Shown: positions 23,280 through 34,697, counted from the first letter of the whole stretch. The stretch is DNA of 63,887 nt, filler included, from Ferroacidibacillus organovorans (GCF_001642725.1; 3 parts of 3 records of this genome joined end to end with filler, not necessarily neighbours in it); one strand, 5' to 3'. Numbers and translations are program-made. Notes: a model not told the origin generated them from the letters alone.

Positions 23280-23317
23280 GTATTTGACCATGGCTGAAGG
23301 GCTTAAACTGGCGGCTC

Positions 23318-24019
23318 TCACGTTTGATCGGGATGTGTCGACATTGTCGTGTTGCGCGGGTTAACGCGCCCCATTCGCTCTAGAATGCGCTCCACAGTGA
23401 CCTCGCGGATCGAGTCGACGACCCAATCTGCCTTGGAGAGATCCTGCGCGCCGGAGTTTACATTTTGAAACCCGATACACATCATCCCGGCGCGTTTGGC
23501 GGCGAGCACTCCGTGGCGTGCATCTTCGATGACGACGCAATCTTTTGGCGCAACGTCGAGTGTTTTCGCCGCTTCGAGATAGATGTCCGGCGCAGGCTTT
23601 CCATACGGCACTTCTTCTCCGCTCACGCTGGCGCTAAACGCGTGGATGATCCCAAACTTCACAAGAACGGCCTCGATCAACGGGCGGGGTGAAGAGGATG
23701 CCAGTCCGAAAGGAATGCCACGCGCACGCAAATCGTCAATCAAATCGCGAATGCCGGCGATCGGTTCCAGCGGCGTTTCTCGGATCAATTGAACCTTGTG
23801 CACCCGCTGTTCTTCTAAGATCGAGTCGAGGTTGATATTCAGTTGATGCTCTTCTGCGATACGTTTCCAGATATCGGGATTTCTCATGCCTACAAACTGT
23901 TCCATATATTCAGGGCCTTCATGGACGCCGAGCCGCTTTAAAAATTCCGCATCGACTGCGAAATGAATCGGCTCGCTGTCAATAATCACGCCATCCATGT
24001 CAAAGATCAATGCTTTCAT
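23318..24019 (-). CDS. HAD family phosphatase
   Basis: FDMDGVIIDSE, ASSS, KPAPDIY, IED. Confidence 0.92.
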   Translation of the reverse strand: MKALIFDMDGVIIDSEPIHFAVDAEFLKRLGVHEGPEYMEQFVGMRNPDIWKRIAEEHQLNINLDSILEEQRVHKVQLIRETPLEPIAGIRDLIDDLRARGIPFGLASSSPRPLIEAVLVKFGIIHAFSASVSGEEVPYGKPAPDIYLEAAKTLDVAPKDCVVIEDARHGVLAAKRAGMMCIGFQNVNSGAQDLSKADWVVDSIREVTVERILERMGRVNPRNTTMSTHPDQT

Positions 24020-24127
24020 AAAAAATCATCCACGCTCCTTATGCGCATATCATCTCATAGATTTGCTTTCACTTGCCAGCCTGCGTGTTATATTCTTTAT
24101 CAAGAACCGCCGGAAGGTGGCTGGCCA

Positions 24128-25345
24128 ATGTCAGTGCTCCGCAATCGATCTTTCTCAATCCTCCTTTCTGGTCAATTGATTTCGATGTTCGGGAGCAACG
24201 TATTTGCGCTGGCACTCCCGTGGTATGTTTATTTGTCTACCAACTCGAAACTAGCGTTAGCCACCGTTGGCTTTGTCCAATCCCTTCCTAACCTTGCTGG
24301 CCTCTTCGCAGGCGTTTTTGTCGACCGCTTTAAAAAGCGTAAAACGATGGTGGTCGTCGATCTATTGCGGTTTGGGATCTCCTTATTCATCGGGCTTATC
24401 GCCTATCTCAAATTCCCATTTCCGTGGATTGTTTTGAGCGTACTTCTGCTTCAACTCGCAGGCGTCTTCTTCGGGCCTGCCGTAACGGTTTTGATTCCAC
24501 TGGTTGTAGGTGACGAGCAAGTTCCTGCGGCGATGGGGATGAATCAATCGGGTGGCGCGCTGGCCCAATTAGCAGGACAGATGGGTGGCGGCGCACTTCT
24601 TGTGGCGCTTGGCGCCCCACTGCTTTTTATCGCAAATGGCATCTCCTTCCTTGTCTCTGTCATCAGCCTGCTCTTTGTTCGGGCAGATGAGCCACCGCGC
24701 GTTGTGACGTCCAGCTCCTTTTTTCAGGAGTGGCGTGAGGGACTGCAATGGATTGGGCGATCCAAGATGATGATCCTGATCCTCTCTGCCTCGATCGTGA
24801 CAAATTTTGGGATGGCGCCGTTTGACATCGCAATGACCGCCTGGGTGCGCGGCCCGCTCCACGCGAGTGCATTCTGGCTTGGACTGATTGGCGCGGCATT
24901 TTTTGTGGGCATCATTGTTGGTGGGTTCCTGCTTGGTGCAGTCACGAAAAGGGTGCCTTTGCGCACGACCCTAATGCTCGGGTTAATGATTGCGGGACTG
25001 ACGATCTCTGCGGTGGGCGCGTTTCTCTCTACCTATTGGGCGATGGGACTCTTGCTGATTTGCGGTTTAAGCGTCGGAATTCTAAACGGCTCGCTCGGCG
25101 CACTCTTGGTTCGCGTGGTGATCCCTGAAATGCGCGGCCGCGTCTTCGGGTTGGTGGGTGCGCTCGCCACGATTGCAACTCCGCTCGGGTTGGCCGTTTT
25201 CGGCGGTATGATGGTGCTTGTTTCGCTTGCGCATCTTTTTATCATGATGGGTGGGCTTTGTTTTCTGGGAGGCGTTACGATGCTGCTCCCGATTCGGGAT
25301 GATCTGAGTAAAGATGCACTGTCAGCTCGCTCATTGACGTCATAG
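24128..25345 (+). CDS. MFS transporter (macrolide-efflux-like family)
   Basis: GQLISMFG, AGVFVDRFKKR, MRGRVFG; about 12 hydrophobic segments. Confidence 0.88.
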   Translation: MSVLRNRSFSILLSGQLISMFGSNVFALALPWYVYLSTNSKLALATVGFVQSLPNLAGLFAGVFVDRFKKRKTMVVVDLLRFGISLFIGLIAYLKFPFPWIVLSVLLLQLAGVFFGPAVTVLIPLVVGDEQVPAAMGMNQSGGALAQLAGQMGGGALLVALGAPLLFIANGISFLVSVISLLFVRADEPPRVVTSSSFFQEWREGLQWIGRSKMMILILSASIVTNFGMAPFDIAMTAWVRGPLHASAFWLGLIGAAFFVGIIVGGFLLGAVTKRVPLRTTLMLGLMIAGLTISAVGAFLSTYWAMGLLLICGLSVGILNGSLGALLVRVVIPEMRGRVFGLVGALATIATPLGLAVFGGMMVLVSLAHLFIMMGGLCFLGGVTMLLPIRDDLSKDALSARSLTS

Positions 25346-25438
25346 CGCAGAAGATATCGTTTGAAGCTGCGACGCTTAAATTTTGGTTGGGATTTGGCAG
25401 CCCTGCTTTCGTGAGGGCTGCCGTCGCAGATCAATGAC

Positions 25439-26128
25439 TTATGCGTATGGGTGAGTAAAGCGATTTTTGACGACGAGTGCGAGCACGGCGGCGGGTCCGT
25501 GAATCCCAATCGTCTGGTCATTCTCAATGTCTGACGAGCGGCTGGGGCCGCTGATGAAATGGACAGAGGAAGGTAGCGCCTCTCGAATTGCGGAGAGTTC
25601 TTTCAAAACTCCCCCCATGTTCGGCTTGATCTGATCGTGAAAAAGGATGACAAGGTGCACGGTTGGCAACACGGCGACCGAGCGTCCTCGCTCTGGGGCG
25701 CTCAGGAGCACAATCGTCCCGGTGTCAGCGATCGCATACGCGCAACCAGTGATGCTGACATCGACATGTTGATAGGCGTCAATACAATTCGCAGATCCCC
25801 AGACGATGGTTTGATACGGCTTTAGCACCTCTGCGAGCGCGAACTCTTCTACAAAGGCTCCACCCCAGACTCCGACGCGCTGTGGGTGTAGCGCGTCGAG
25901 CCACTCCCGTACAGTTGCCGGAATCTGTGTATCATTCTCAAGCTGGCGCACTTCTCCACCCAGCGTCTCAAGTTCACGCGCAAATTTTGCCGCGAGTTCG
26001 CGCGATTCGGTTGGCGATGGAGTGTGGGGTGACGCATCCATGGCTGCGTCGCGCACAGGCGCGACTTGTGCAGCGTGGTCGCGTCCGAGGCGTTTTGCAA
26101 CCATGGTCAAAAAAGCCTGCTCATTCAC
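25439..26128 (-). CDS. lutC: Lactate utilization protein C (LUD domain)
   Basis: IADTGT, ISGPSRSSDIE, GIHGP; operon context. Confidence 0.88.
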   Translation of the reverse strand: MNEQAFLTMVAKRLGRDHAAQVAPVRDAAMDASPHTPSPTESRELAAKFARELETLGGEVRQLENDTQIPATVREWLDALHPQRVGVWGGAFVEEFALAEVLKPYQTIVWGSANCIDAYQHVDVSITGCAYAIADTGTIVLLSAPERGRSVAVLPTVHLVILFHDQIKPNMGGVLKELSAIREALPSSVHFISGPSRSSDIENDQTIGIHGPAAVLALVVKNRFTHPYA

Positions 26129-27582
26129 GCTTTGTCATCTCCCTTATTCGCTGTGAGTGTCTGCTCAAGCGACGGCCAGCGCTCGCGAAAAGACGTCGCG
26201 ACGAGCATGGGCGCCGCTCGGCTCGCTGTCCACGCCGATAGTGGACCAAACGCTGCGTCGATTTGCCCTTTTTTGACAAGGGGCATCTGCACGAGGCGTC
26301 CCGCTTTCATCATCAGGCGATAGCGGCGGTGATTCCCAAACCCCCACGCAAAACCTTTCATCAGCGCGCGCTCTTGTGGCGATGTCTTGCCAGCACGCAC
26401 CTTGCGCTGTCGCAGTTTGACCAGCATCTCGTGAAGTGGAATTTTAACGGGGCACGCCTCATAGCACGCACCGCAAAGGCTTGACGCATAGGGTAAATCG
26501 TCATGCGCGTCACTCTCTTCAAGCAGGGGTGTGAGCACGGCGCCAATCGGTCCGGGATAGACGGAACCGTAGGCGTGACCGCCGATTTGCCGGTATACAG
26601 GGCAAACATTAAGACATGCCCCACAGCGAATGCAGTTGAGAACCTCCTGAAAATGTTCATCGCCCAGTTGTTTTGAGCGCCCATTGTCGAGGATGATCAC
26701 GTGCAACTCCTGCGCGCCGTCGACTTCACTTGGTCTTTTTGTTCCGGTGATCATCGACATATATGTCGTTAATTTCTGCCCAGTTGCGCTTCGCGGCAGA
26801 AGGTTTGCAATCACTTCGAGGTCAGCCAAAGAGGGCAGGACGCGCTCCATCCCCATCAAAACAATGTGTGTCTTCGGCAAATTCGCCACCATGTCGGCGT
26901 TCCCTTCATTCGTAAAGAGGACGATCGTTCCCGACTCGGCAATGCCAAAATTGCAGCCCGTCATGCCAATGTCTGCCTGTAAGAAACGTTCGCGCATGCG
27001 TCGGCGCGCGAAGCTCGCCAACACTTTGGTGTCTGTCGTGAGATCGGCGCCGCCGTCTGCCGTAAACAAGTCTTTGATCTGTTCCCGGTTTTTGTGAATC
27101 GATGGAATGATGATGTGGGAAGGCGTCTCTCCCGCGAGTTGAATGATGTATTCGCCGAGATCTGACTCTACGACGTCGATGCCGGCTGCCTCGAGGTGAT
27201 GATTGACCTCAATCTCTTCGGACACCATCGACTTTGACTTGATCACGGAGCGCGCCTCTTTTTGGCGAACGATCTCAAGCACGCGCGCGTTTGCCTCACG
27301 CGCGTCTGTCGCAAAATGTACCTGACCTCCCGCCGCGCGGACATGTTTTGCGAACTGACCGAGATACGCATCGAGATGGGCGATCGTGTGCGAGCGAATG
27401 GCACGCCCTTGTTCACGCAAGTCTTCCCAATGGGGGATGTGTTCTGTGCTCGATTTTTTCTTACTCCGCAAGCGGTCGACGGTGAAGCGCACCGCAGAAC
27501 GCAGAAATTCATCCTGAAGTGCGCGGTGGGAACGCTCGCTCAAATCTTGTTGGGAGTGATCCACTTCTTTTGGCACATTCAT
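26125..27582 (-). CDS. lutB: Lactate utilization iron-sulfur protein B
   Basis: KSKSMVSEE, CIRCGACLNVCPVY, SSLCGACYEACP. Confidence 0.95.
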   Translation of the reverse strand: MNVPKEVDHSQQDLSERSHRALQDEFLRSAVRFTVDRLRSKKKSSTEHIPHWEDLREQGRAIRSHTIAHLDAYLGQFAKHVRAAGGQVHFATDAREANARVLEIVRQKEARSVIKSKSMVSEEIEVNHHLEAAGIDVVESDLGEYIIQLAGETPSHIIIPSIHKNREQIKDLFTADGGADLTTDTKVLASFARRRMRERFLQADIGMTGCNFGIAESGTIVLFTNEGNADMVANLPKTHIVLMGMERVLPSLADLEVIANLLPRSATGQKLTTYMSMITGTKRPSEVDGAQELHVIILDNGRSKQLGDEHFQEVLNCIRCGACLNVCPVYRQIGGHAYGSVYPGPIGAVLTPLLEESDAHDDLPYASSLCGACYEACPVKIPLHEMLVKLRQRKVRAGKTSPQERALMKGFAWGFGNHRRYRLMMKAGRLVQMPLVKKGQIDAAFGPLSAWTASRAAPMLVATSFRERWPSLEQTLTANKGDDKA

Positions 27583-28325
27583 CGGGATGCTCCTTCTTCG
27601 AGCAGGATGCCTTCATAGAGCAGCTCAGCGAGGTGTTTGACCTGCACAGTGCTTCCTTCGCGCTTCAGTCGTCCATCGATGTTCATGAGACAGCCCATAT
27701 CGGTGCCAACAAGAAAGGAGGCGTTCGTTTCGTGGATGTGTGCAGTTTTTTCTGTGACCATTGCCGCCGAGATCTCTGCCATCTTTACGGCGAACGTGCC
27801 GCCAAATCCGCAGCAATCGGATGCGTAAGGAAGTTCGACGAAATCGATTTCTTTGACACGGGAGAGGAGTGTCTCAGGTTCGTTTTTGATGCCGAGCAGA
27901 CGTGCGCCGTGACACGACGGATGGTATGTGACGCGGTGGGGAAAGCGCGCGCCGACGTCGCGAACGCCGAGGACGTTGACGAGAAACTGGGAAAACTCAT
28001 ACGTCTTTGCTTTGAGTTTCTCTGCGCGCGCGGCGAGACGTTCATCTGATTGGAAGAGAAAGGGATAATCGTGGTGAATCATGCCTGCGCATGACCCGGA
28101 GCCTGTGATGACATACTCCGCGTCTTCGAACGCGTCGAGAAGTGTCGCGCCAACCGTTCGCGCTTCATCGACGTAGCCGCTGTTATAGGCGGGCTGTCCG
28201 CAGCACGTCTGCGTCATTGGAACATCGATGCGCACGCCATAGCGGTCAAGGATCTTCACCATCGATTCGGCGACCTGAGGGTATAAATTGTCGATGAGGC
28301 ACGTGATAAAAAGGGATGCTCGCAG
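27579..28325 (-). CDS. lutA: Lactate utilization protein A (CCG domains), probable CTG start
   Basis: SLFITC, QTCCGQP, YHPSCH, CCGFGGTF; GGAGG 8 nt before CTG at 28325. Confidence 0.92.
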   Translation of the reverse strand: MRASLFITCLIDNLYPQVAESMVKILDRYGVRIDVPMTQTCCGQPAYNSGYVDEARTVGATLLDAFEDAEYVITGSGSCAGMIHHDYPFLFQSDERLAARAEKLKAKTYEFSQFLVNVLGVRDVGARFPHRVTYHPSCHGARLLGIKNEPETLLSRVKEIDFVELPYASDCCGFGGTFAVKMAEISAAMVTEKTAHIHETNASFLVGTDMGCLMNIDGRLKREGSTVQVKHLAELLYEGILLEEGASR

Positions 28326-28475
28326 TGTGACGACCTCCACGTAAGAATGACATTTCATGCAGTTGTGAACCTGCGTATGAAGATGAAAGCGCATACGATC
28401 GAAATTTGGTAACGGTATTCTATAATCGTAACATATTTACGGGGAGAATCTTTAGTGATTCTTTCATATAAAACA

Positions 28476-28512
28476 CAAAGGGAGACTCTCAAGAAGTTCG
28501 AGTCTCCCTTTG
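28476..28512 (-). terminator. Terminator downstream of chemoreceptor
   Basis: CAAAGGGAGACTC / GAGTCTCCCTTTG stem. Confidence 0.75.
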
Positions 28513-28560
28513 CCCGTTTGTGCGATCACAAGGATAGAAGGTTTTATGATGTCGGGTGGT

Positions 28561-29484
28561 TTACGATCGCCCCGCCGATTGCACTTCTTCGTGAATCTCC
28601 GACGCGATCTGTTTTGTCGCGGCGATCTGCTCTGTCACTGCGCTGATCGAGATGTGCAGTGCGTCGAGTTGCTCACGCACCACATCCATCCCACTGAGCG
28701 TCTCGCGGACGTTTTGCTCCAGCGAGTTGGCCGTCTCACTCGCGGATGCGGCATAGCCGCGGCTCGCGGTGGCAAGTTTGCGAATCTCGTCCGCGACGAC
28801 GCCGAACCCGCGCCCCGCTTCTCCTGCGCGCGCCGCCTCAATCGCCGCATTGAGACCGAGCAGGTTCGATTGCGCCGCGATATCCTGAATGGATTCGGCG
28901 GCTTGCTTTACTTCAGGTATCGTGTTCATCATATCGTGATACATTTTTTTGACGAATCGATCATTGTCCGCGATACGATTCATGCGTTCTTCAATATCGT
29001 TGATCTGCTGTTGGGCGGTTGCGGCGACCGTCATCCACTGATCGATCTGTTTTTCCACATCCATTTCGAGTAAGCGCGCGTTTTCCGTGACAATGCCATT
29101 CTCCAGGATTTTTAGCGCGCGGAGGTAACTCACAATATCCTCGCCCCACACGTCAAGATGGGCTAAGCCAAACTCCATGATCGCCTGAATCATCACCATG
29201 ACGTACGCGTTTTTCACTTTGAATCGTTGGTGCGTCTGGGCGATGCGCGACGCAAGTTGTTTCAAATCGCTCTGTGTGACGGAACCGAGTGCAGTGAACA
29301 CTTCGACGACCACCTGATAGAGTCGTTGGCTGCTCGACTGCTCCATGACATTTCGCATGCCGGAATGCTCTGCGGTCATTTGCAAAAATGCATTCGCGAC
29401 TTCTGGCGCTCGCAGTTCGAACCATTCTTTTTTGTTTTGAAGTGCTGCCTCATCTTTGGCGGTCAGTATGGCCAATTCGCTCAT
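28561..29484 (-). CDS. Soluble chemoreceptor with probable globin-like sensor domain
   Basis: [37 protein letters not shown]; no TM; N-terminal helical domain with IAQTHQR His. Confidence 0.85.
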   Translation of the reverse strand: MSELAILTAKDEAALQNKKEWFELRAPEVANAFLQMTAEHSGMRNVMEQSSSQRLYQVVVEVFTALGSVTQSDLKQLASRIAQTHQRFKVKNAYVMVMIQAIMEFGLAHLDVWGEDIVSYLRALKILENGIVTENARLLEMDVEKQIDQWMTVAATAQQQINDIEERMNRIADNDRFVKKMYHDMMNTIPEVKQAAESIQDIAAQSNLLGLNAAIEAARAGEAGRGFGVVADEIRKLATASRGYAASASETANSLEQNVRETLSGMDVVREQLDALHISISAVTEQIAATKQIASEIHEEVQSAGRS

Positions 29485-29582
29485 CGGTCACCTCGTCCTC
29501 TCACAATCTGTGTCCATTATATCCCACCTAGAGGCACGAATCGATAGACGTTGGTTTTTCATTGAACTCTCTCAAGTAGACA

Positions 29583-29924
29583 TCAGGTTTCTTTCTCAGA
29601 GAAGCGTGTCCACACAAGGCGTAGGATGAGCATGATGACAAACACCCACATGTCCTGGGTCAGCGAAGGATTGCCAGGCGAGAGGAGCAGCTTTCGCGCA
29701 AAGATAGTGAGAAGAAGATCGAGCAAGCGAACGGGGGAAAGGCTGCGCAGCAAATCAAGTACTTCATAGAGCAACAAGAGAGAGAAGAGGTCGTCGACAA
29801 TGGAATAGAAATCGTCGAAAAGTAGTCCGGGATGGTACAAAAGCATGGACCACCGCGCCATAAATCCGATGATTCCGAGAATGAGCAACGCCAGAATCAA
29901 GAGGACGATGGCGGGGCGAATCAA
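29583..29924 (-). CDS. PsiE-like small membrane protein
   Basis: Four hydrophobic segments with LLLLYEV and FARKLLL pattern. Confidence 0.6.
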   Translation of the reverse strand: MIRPAIVLLILALLILGIIGFMARWSMLLYHPGLLFDDFYSIVDDLFSLLLLYEVLDLLRSLSPVRLLDLLLTIFARKLLLSPGNPSLTQDMWVFVIMLILRLVWTRFSEKET

Positions 29925-30001
29925 ATGGATCAGCTTGCGAGCAAATTGGATCAGATCGACTCTTCCTCTCCTTGGCGTTTATCTGCAACGGCGTGTCTGG
30001 G

Positions 30002-30622
30002 CTAAACGCGATACTCAATTCCGTGCCAGAATAAGTCTAGCACGCGTTTGGCGTGATCTTCGAGCGCGCCTTCCTGCGCTTCTAAGCTCTCTTTCGCTAC
30101 ACCGAGCGCGGCGAGGTACATACGCGCGTAAAGTTGAACGTCACCAGGGGTGATCTCGCCGCGCTCGGCTGCTCGTCTCATCGCTCTCGCAACCGTCTCG
30201 ATCAAGCGTTCTTCTGCTTCTTTCATCGCACGAAATTGCTCATCCGTCAATGACTTTTCGCTTCCTCGCATGATCAGCTCAAGGCTGAGCGGTGTATGGA
30301 TGCGCAGACGCACAAAAGCAATCGTTAACAGGCGGTCGTAGAGTGGAAGATCTGACGCAAGCAGTTGTTCCGTGCGTACGCGGACATTTTCCATGGTCGC
30401 CTGAATCGCCGCAAGAAACAGGTTTGCCTTTGATTGAAAGTAGTAGTAGACCATTGCTTTCGTCACGCCGCACGCGGTGGCGACCGTCTCGGTGCTGACG
30501 GACTCATAGCCGTGCTCAATAAACAGTTGGGAAGCGACGTTCAAGATGCGATCAGCCGTCAATTCGGTTTGTTCAGATTGTTTGGGGCGTCCTAAGCGGC
30601 GCGGTTTCTCTCGTACCGTCAC
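30002..30622 (-). CDS. TetR/AcrR family regulator
   Basis: GRPK...LFIEHGY...GVTKAMVYYYFQSK. Confidence 0.92.
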   Translation of the reverse strand: MTVREKPRRLGRPKQSEQTELTADRILNVASQLFIEHGYESVSTETVATACGVTKAMVYYYFQSKANLFLAAIQATMENVRVRTEQLLASDLPLYDRLLTIAFVRLRIHTPLSLELIMRGSEKSLTDEQFRAMKEAEERLIETVARAMRRAAERGEITPGDVQLYARMYLAALGVAKESLEAQEGALEDHAKRVLDLFWHGIEYRV

Positions 30623-30706
30623 GAAACACCCCTCTCTGCACCGTGCCTGGGTAAACGTTACACCTCGTCCTATTTTTGAGTATAGCATATCGTGCTGGAT
30701 CGGCTG

Positions 30707-31843
30707 TTAAGGTTTTAAGACCACTTTGATGCAGTCTTCTTCTTTTTGATCAAACACGCGATACGCATGCGGCGCTTCTGACAGCGGCAAGCGATGGGTG
30801 ATCAAATCTGTCGCCCGTAACGTCTCGTTTTCAATCATGCGAAAAAGTTCAGGCAACAAGTGAATCACCGACGCTTGTCCCATCTTGAGCGTGACGCCAC
30901 GGGAAAACAGGTCGCCTAGTGGAAACGCGTTGTAGCGCGCACCGTAGACGCCGATCAGTTGAATGACGCCGCCCTTGCGAACGCATTGCGACGCGATTAC
31001 GATCGCGCTGAGCGTCCCAACTTGGAGTTTAAGCGCAGATTCGACCACTTCGATCGGGTTCATCTTTCCATCGAGTCCGACACAGTCGATCACCACATCC
31101 GCACCGCCGCGGGTCATCTCCTTGATCATGTCACCTGTGTGCTGTTGCCGCTCAAAATGGATCGTTTCTACATGGTTGGTCCGTTTGGCATGCGCTAAGC
31201 GATAATCGAGTCGATCGACGGCGATGACGCGCGCGGCTCCCTCCATCCACGAGAAACGTTGTGCGAGCAATCCGACGGGCCCGCACCCCAACACGACCAC
31301 GGTATCCCCTTTTTTCACGCCAGCGTTGCGCACGCCCCAGTAGGCGGTCGGCAGGATGTCTGACAAGAAGAGCAACTCTTCATCGTCGCGCTCACATGAT
31401 TCGGGAACGACAAAAGAGCCGAAGTTACCGTAGGGAACACGCAAGAGTTCCGCCTGACCTCCGTCATAACCGCCAAAGGTGTCAGAGTAGCCGTAGATGG
31501 CGCCAGTCTCGTTGTGCTCATTCGAATTGTCACAGAGACCCTCCAACTGATTTTGACAGTAGATGCATGTTCCGCACGCGATGTTAAAAGGAACAATCAC
31601 GCGCTGTCCGACGCGCACCCGTTCTACATCGGGTCCTGCCGCGACGACCACACCCATCGCCTCGTGACCGAGAATATACCCCTTTTGCAAGTTCGGGATC
31701 ATGCCGTGAATTAAATGGAGATCGGATCCGCAGATCGCGGCAGAAGTCACCTGGATGACGAGGTCATCCGCCTTGACCAGTTTTGGGTCAGGCACATTTT
31801 TAACGTCGACATGTTTGCGTCCTTGATAGGTCACGGCGCGCAT
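30707..31843 (-). CDS. Zinc-dependent alcohol/formaldehyde dehydrogenase family
   Basis: ICGSDLH, GHE, CGTCIYC...C, LSDILPT, GCGPVG; GGAGG RBS. Confidence 0.92.
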   Translation of the reverse strand: MRAVTYQGRKHVDVKNVPDPKLVKADDLVIQVTSAAICGSDLHLIHGMIPNLQKGYILGHEAMGVVVAAGPDVERVRVGQRVIVPFNIACGTCIYCQNQLEGLCDNSNEHNETGAIYGYSDTFGGYDGGQAELLRVPYGNFGSFVVPESCERDDEELLFLSDILPTAYWGVRNAGVKKGDTVVVLGCGPVGLLAQRFSWMEGAARVIAVDRLDYRLAHAKRTNHVETIHFERQQHTGDMIKEMTRGGADVVIDCVGLDGKMNPIEVVESALKLQVGTLSAIVIASQCVRKGGVIQLIGVYGARYNAFPLGDLFSRGVTLKMGQASVIHLLPELFRMIENETLRATDLITHRLPLSEAPHAYRVFDQKEEDCIKVVLKP

Positions 31844-32009
31844 GATGAGAGCCCTCCTCGTTTTGATGTAGGATGCGTCGGCACAGGGAAATTTAACCGG
31901 CGGCAGGCGTTTCTCAGATGCATCTTGCAACGTTGTGTGCGAAAATAAGGTACGATAGATCGATACAACAACTGTCACTCGCTGCGTATGCGGATGGGGC
32001 GAACGAAGG

Positions 32010-33683
32010 ATGGATCGTGTGAACGTAATTACGACAAACGGGGCAGCAAGCAACTATATAAAGAAGATTATTGAAGAGGATTTGCGCGAAGGTCGCGTGG
32101 CAGAAGTGGTGACGCGGTTTCCGCCAGAACCAAACGGGTATTTGCATATCGGACACGCGAAGTCGATTTGCCTGAATTTTGACTTGGCGAACGAGTTTGG
32201 CGGACGCACGCATTTGCGCTTTGACGACACTAATCCTTTAAAAGAGGATGAAGAGTACGCGCGGGCAATCGAAGAGGATGTGCGCTGGCTCGGGTATGCG
32301 TGGGATCGCTTGTGCTATGCGTCAGACTATTATGAGGAGATGTTTGAGCGCGCGAAGCTGCTCATTCGAAAAGGTCTCGCCTATGTGTGTGAACTGTCAG
32401 GCGAAGAGATTCGCGCGACGCGCGGTACGCTTACGGAGCCGGGAACGCCGAGTCCGTTTCGGAATCGCTCCGCCGAAGAGAACCTCGATCAGTTTGAGCG
32501 GATGCGGTGCGGGGAGTTTGCGGATGGGGCAAAGGTGTTGCGCGCCAAAATCGATATGGCGTCACCGAATATCAACCTGCGCGACCCGATTCTCTATCGC
32601 ATCGCGCACGCGCCACACTATCGCGCAAAGAATGCGTGGTGCATCTATCCGATGTATGACTACGCCCACCCGCTAGAAGACGCGATCGAGGGTGTGACGC
32701 ACTCGATTTGTACGCTCGAATTCGAGGATCATCGGCCACTCTATGACTGGGTGATTCGCGCGTGCGAGATGCCAACGGTGCCACACCAGTACGAGTTTGC
32801 GCGCTTGAATATGACGAATACAGTGATGAGCAAGCGCAATCTCAAGGCGTTGGTAGAGCAGGGGGTCGTCGACGGGTGGGATGACCCGCGCATGCCGACG
32901 ATTGCAGGGCTGCGCCGGAAGGGCTATACGCCAGGGGCGATTCGGACATTCGCGCGCGAAGTCGGCGTGGCCAAGAGCAACAGCATGGTGGACGAGCGGA
33001 TGCTTGAGTATTTTGTGCGCGAAGATTTGAAGCTTGTGGCGCCGCGAACGATGGCTGTGTTGCGACCGCTGCGCGTGGTTATTCTCAATTATCCTGAGGG
33101 TCAATTGGAGTGGCTGGAAGCGGAGAACAACAGTGAGAACCCGGAACTTGGCGTGCGTCAGATTCCGTTTGGGCGGGAGATCTGGATTGAGCAGGATGAT
33201 TTCATGGAAAATCCGCCACCGAAGTATTTTCGCTTGACGCCGGGGCAGGAAGTGCGTTTAAAGCACGCGTACTTCATCCGCTGTGAAAAGGTCATTTACG
33301 ATGCGGCGGGAAAGGTCAGCGAGGTGCACTGCACGTATGATCCGGAGACCAAATCGGGGAGCGGTTTTACGGGGCGCAAGGTAAAGGGCACGATTCACTG
33401 GGTGTGCGCGCGCGAGGCGCGCGCGGCGACATTCCAACTTTTTGAGCCGATTTACCTGACGGAAAGTGAAAATGGGGGGGATGACGGCGAACGGTTGCTC
33501 AACCCAAACTCCCTGACGCAATGGATCGGCTACATCGAGGCGCAGATGGTGAAGGAGAATGCGGCGTCCACGTATCAGTTTTTCCGCCACGGGTATTTTC
33601 ACGAAGACTCTATGTTGAGCACGTGGTCACATCCAGTGTTTAATCGTGTGGTGTCACTAAAGAGTTCGTACGAAGTTTTGTAG
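32010..33683 (+). CDS. glnS: Glutaminyl-tRNA synthetase
   Basis: [44 protein letters not shown]. Confidence 0.95.
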   Translation: MDRVNVITTNGAASNYIKKIIEEDLREGRVAEVVTRFPPEPNGYLHIGHAKSICLNFDLANEFGGRTHLRFDDTNPLKEDEEYARAIEEDVRWLGYAWDRLCYASDYYEEMFERAKLLIRKGLAYVCELSGEEIRATRGTLTEPGTPSPFRNRSAEENLDQFERMRCGEFADGAKVLRAKIDMASPNINLRDPILYRIAHAPHYRAKNAWCIYPMYDYAHPLEDAIEGVTHSICTLEFEDHRPLYDWVIRACEMPTVPHQYEFARLNMTNTVMSKRNLKALVEQGVVDGWDDPRMPTIAGLRRKGYTPGAIRTFAREVGVAKSNSMVDERMLEYFVREDLKLVAPRTMAVLRPLRVVILNYPEGQLEWLEAENNSENPELGVRQIPFGREIWIEQDDFMENPPPKYFRLTPGQEVRLKHAYFIRCEKVIYDAAGKVSEVHCTYDPETKSGSGFTGRKVKGTIHWVCAREARAATFQLFEPIYLTESENGGDDGERLLNPNSLTQWIGYIEAQMVKENAASTYQFFRHGYFHEDSMLSTWSHPVFNRVVSLKSSYEVL

Positions 33684-33740
33684 CCGCCGCGAGCGTTGTT
33701 GTGTGATGGAACGCTTTCAGCCCAATCGGGGGTGGCATTC

Positions 33741-34697
33741 ATGAAACTCTTTTTGACGAGAAAGCTTCCTCGCGAGGTGTGCGATGCAGTTCCGGCGGAT
33801 GTGTCGCTTGCAATGTATGAGCATGAGGAGCAGGCGATTCCGCGTGAAGAATTGCTCGCACGCGTTGCTGGGGCGCGTGGCATCGTGACAATGCTTACGG
33901 AGCGTATCGACGAGGAGGTCATGGACGCGGCGGGACCGTCGCTCGCTGTGATTTCAACCATGTCGGTGGGCTACGAGCATATCGATCGATCGGCGGCGAA
34001 TACGCGCGGGATTGTCGTGTGTCATACGCCTGATGTGCTGACGGAGACGACGGCAGATCTGGTGTTTGCCCTTTTGCTGGCGACAGCCCGACAAGTGCCG
34101 CAGGCGGAACGGGCGCTGCGCAATGGGCAGTGGGGAACGTGGCAACCGTTTCAGTTTCTCGGTATTGATGTTTATGGAAAGACAATTGGGTTGCTCGGTA
34201 TGGGCGGCATTGCGCAGGCGGTGGCGCGGCGCGCGCGTGGGTTTGGGATGCGGATTCTCTATTGGAGCCGCACACCAAAACCGGATGTGGAAGAGGCGTT
34301 GGGTGTGTCGTACAGTGATCTGACCACTCTCTTGCAGACGTCGGATTTTGTCGTACCGCTATTGCCCGGCGGTGACGCGACGCGGCATTTGATCGATCAG
34401 CACGCGCTATCGCACATGAAACGAAGCGCTATGCTCATCAACGCGTCGCGCGGGAGTGTGGTGGATGAGGATGCGCTGTGCGCGGCGCTTCACGCAAAAA
34501 CGATCGCCGGTGCGGGCCTTGATGTCTTAGCACAGGAGCCCATCGCCGCCAACCATCCTCTCCTGCGCGAGGCGCGTGCGGTGCTTCTCCCGCACATTGG
34601 TTCGGCAACGCTTGAAACGCGCACGCGCATGGCGCGACGGGCGCTTGAAAACGCGGTGCTCGTCATGAGAGGGGAGGCGCCGTTTGATCGCGTGTGA
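33741..34697 (+). CDS. D-2-hydroxyacid dehydrogenase (glyoxylate reductase-like)
   Basis: TPDVLTETTAD, GMGGIA, NASRG, PHIGSAT. Confidence 0.92.
   Translation: MKLFLTRKLPREVCDAVPADVSLAMYEHEEQAIPREELLARVAGARGIVTMLTERIDEEVMDAAGPSLAVISTMSVGYEHIDRSAANTRGIVVCHTPDVLTETTADLVFALLLATARQVPQAERALRNGQWGTWQPFQFLGIDVYGKTIGLLGMGGIAQAVARRARGFGMRILYWSRTPKPDVEEALGVSYSDLTTLLQTSDFVVPLLPGGDATRHLIDQHALSHMKRSAMLINASRGSVVDEDALCAALHAKTIAGAGLDVLAQEPIAANHPLLREARAVLLPHIGSATLETRTRMARRALENAVLVMRGEAPFDRV

Noticed and set aside
29521..29570. Possible sigma-D promoter before the chemoreceptor
   Set aside because: Only a weak match to TAAA-N15-GCCGATAT
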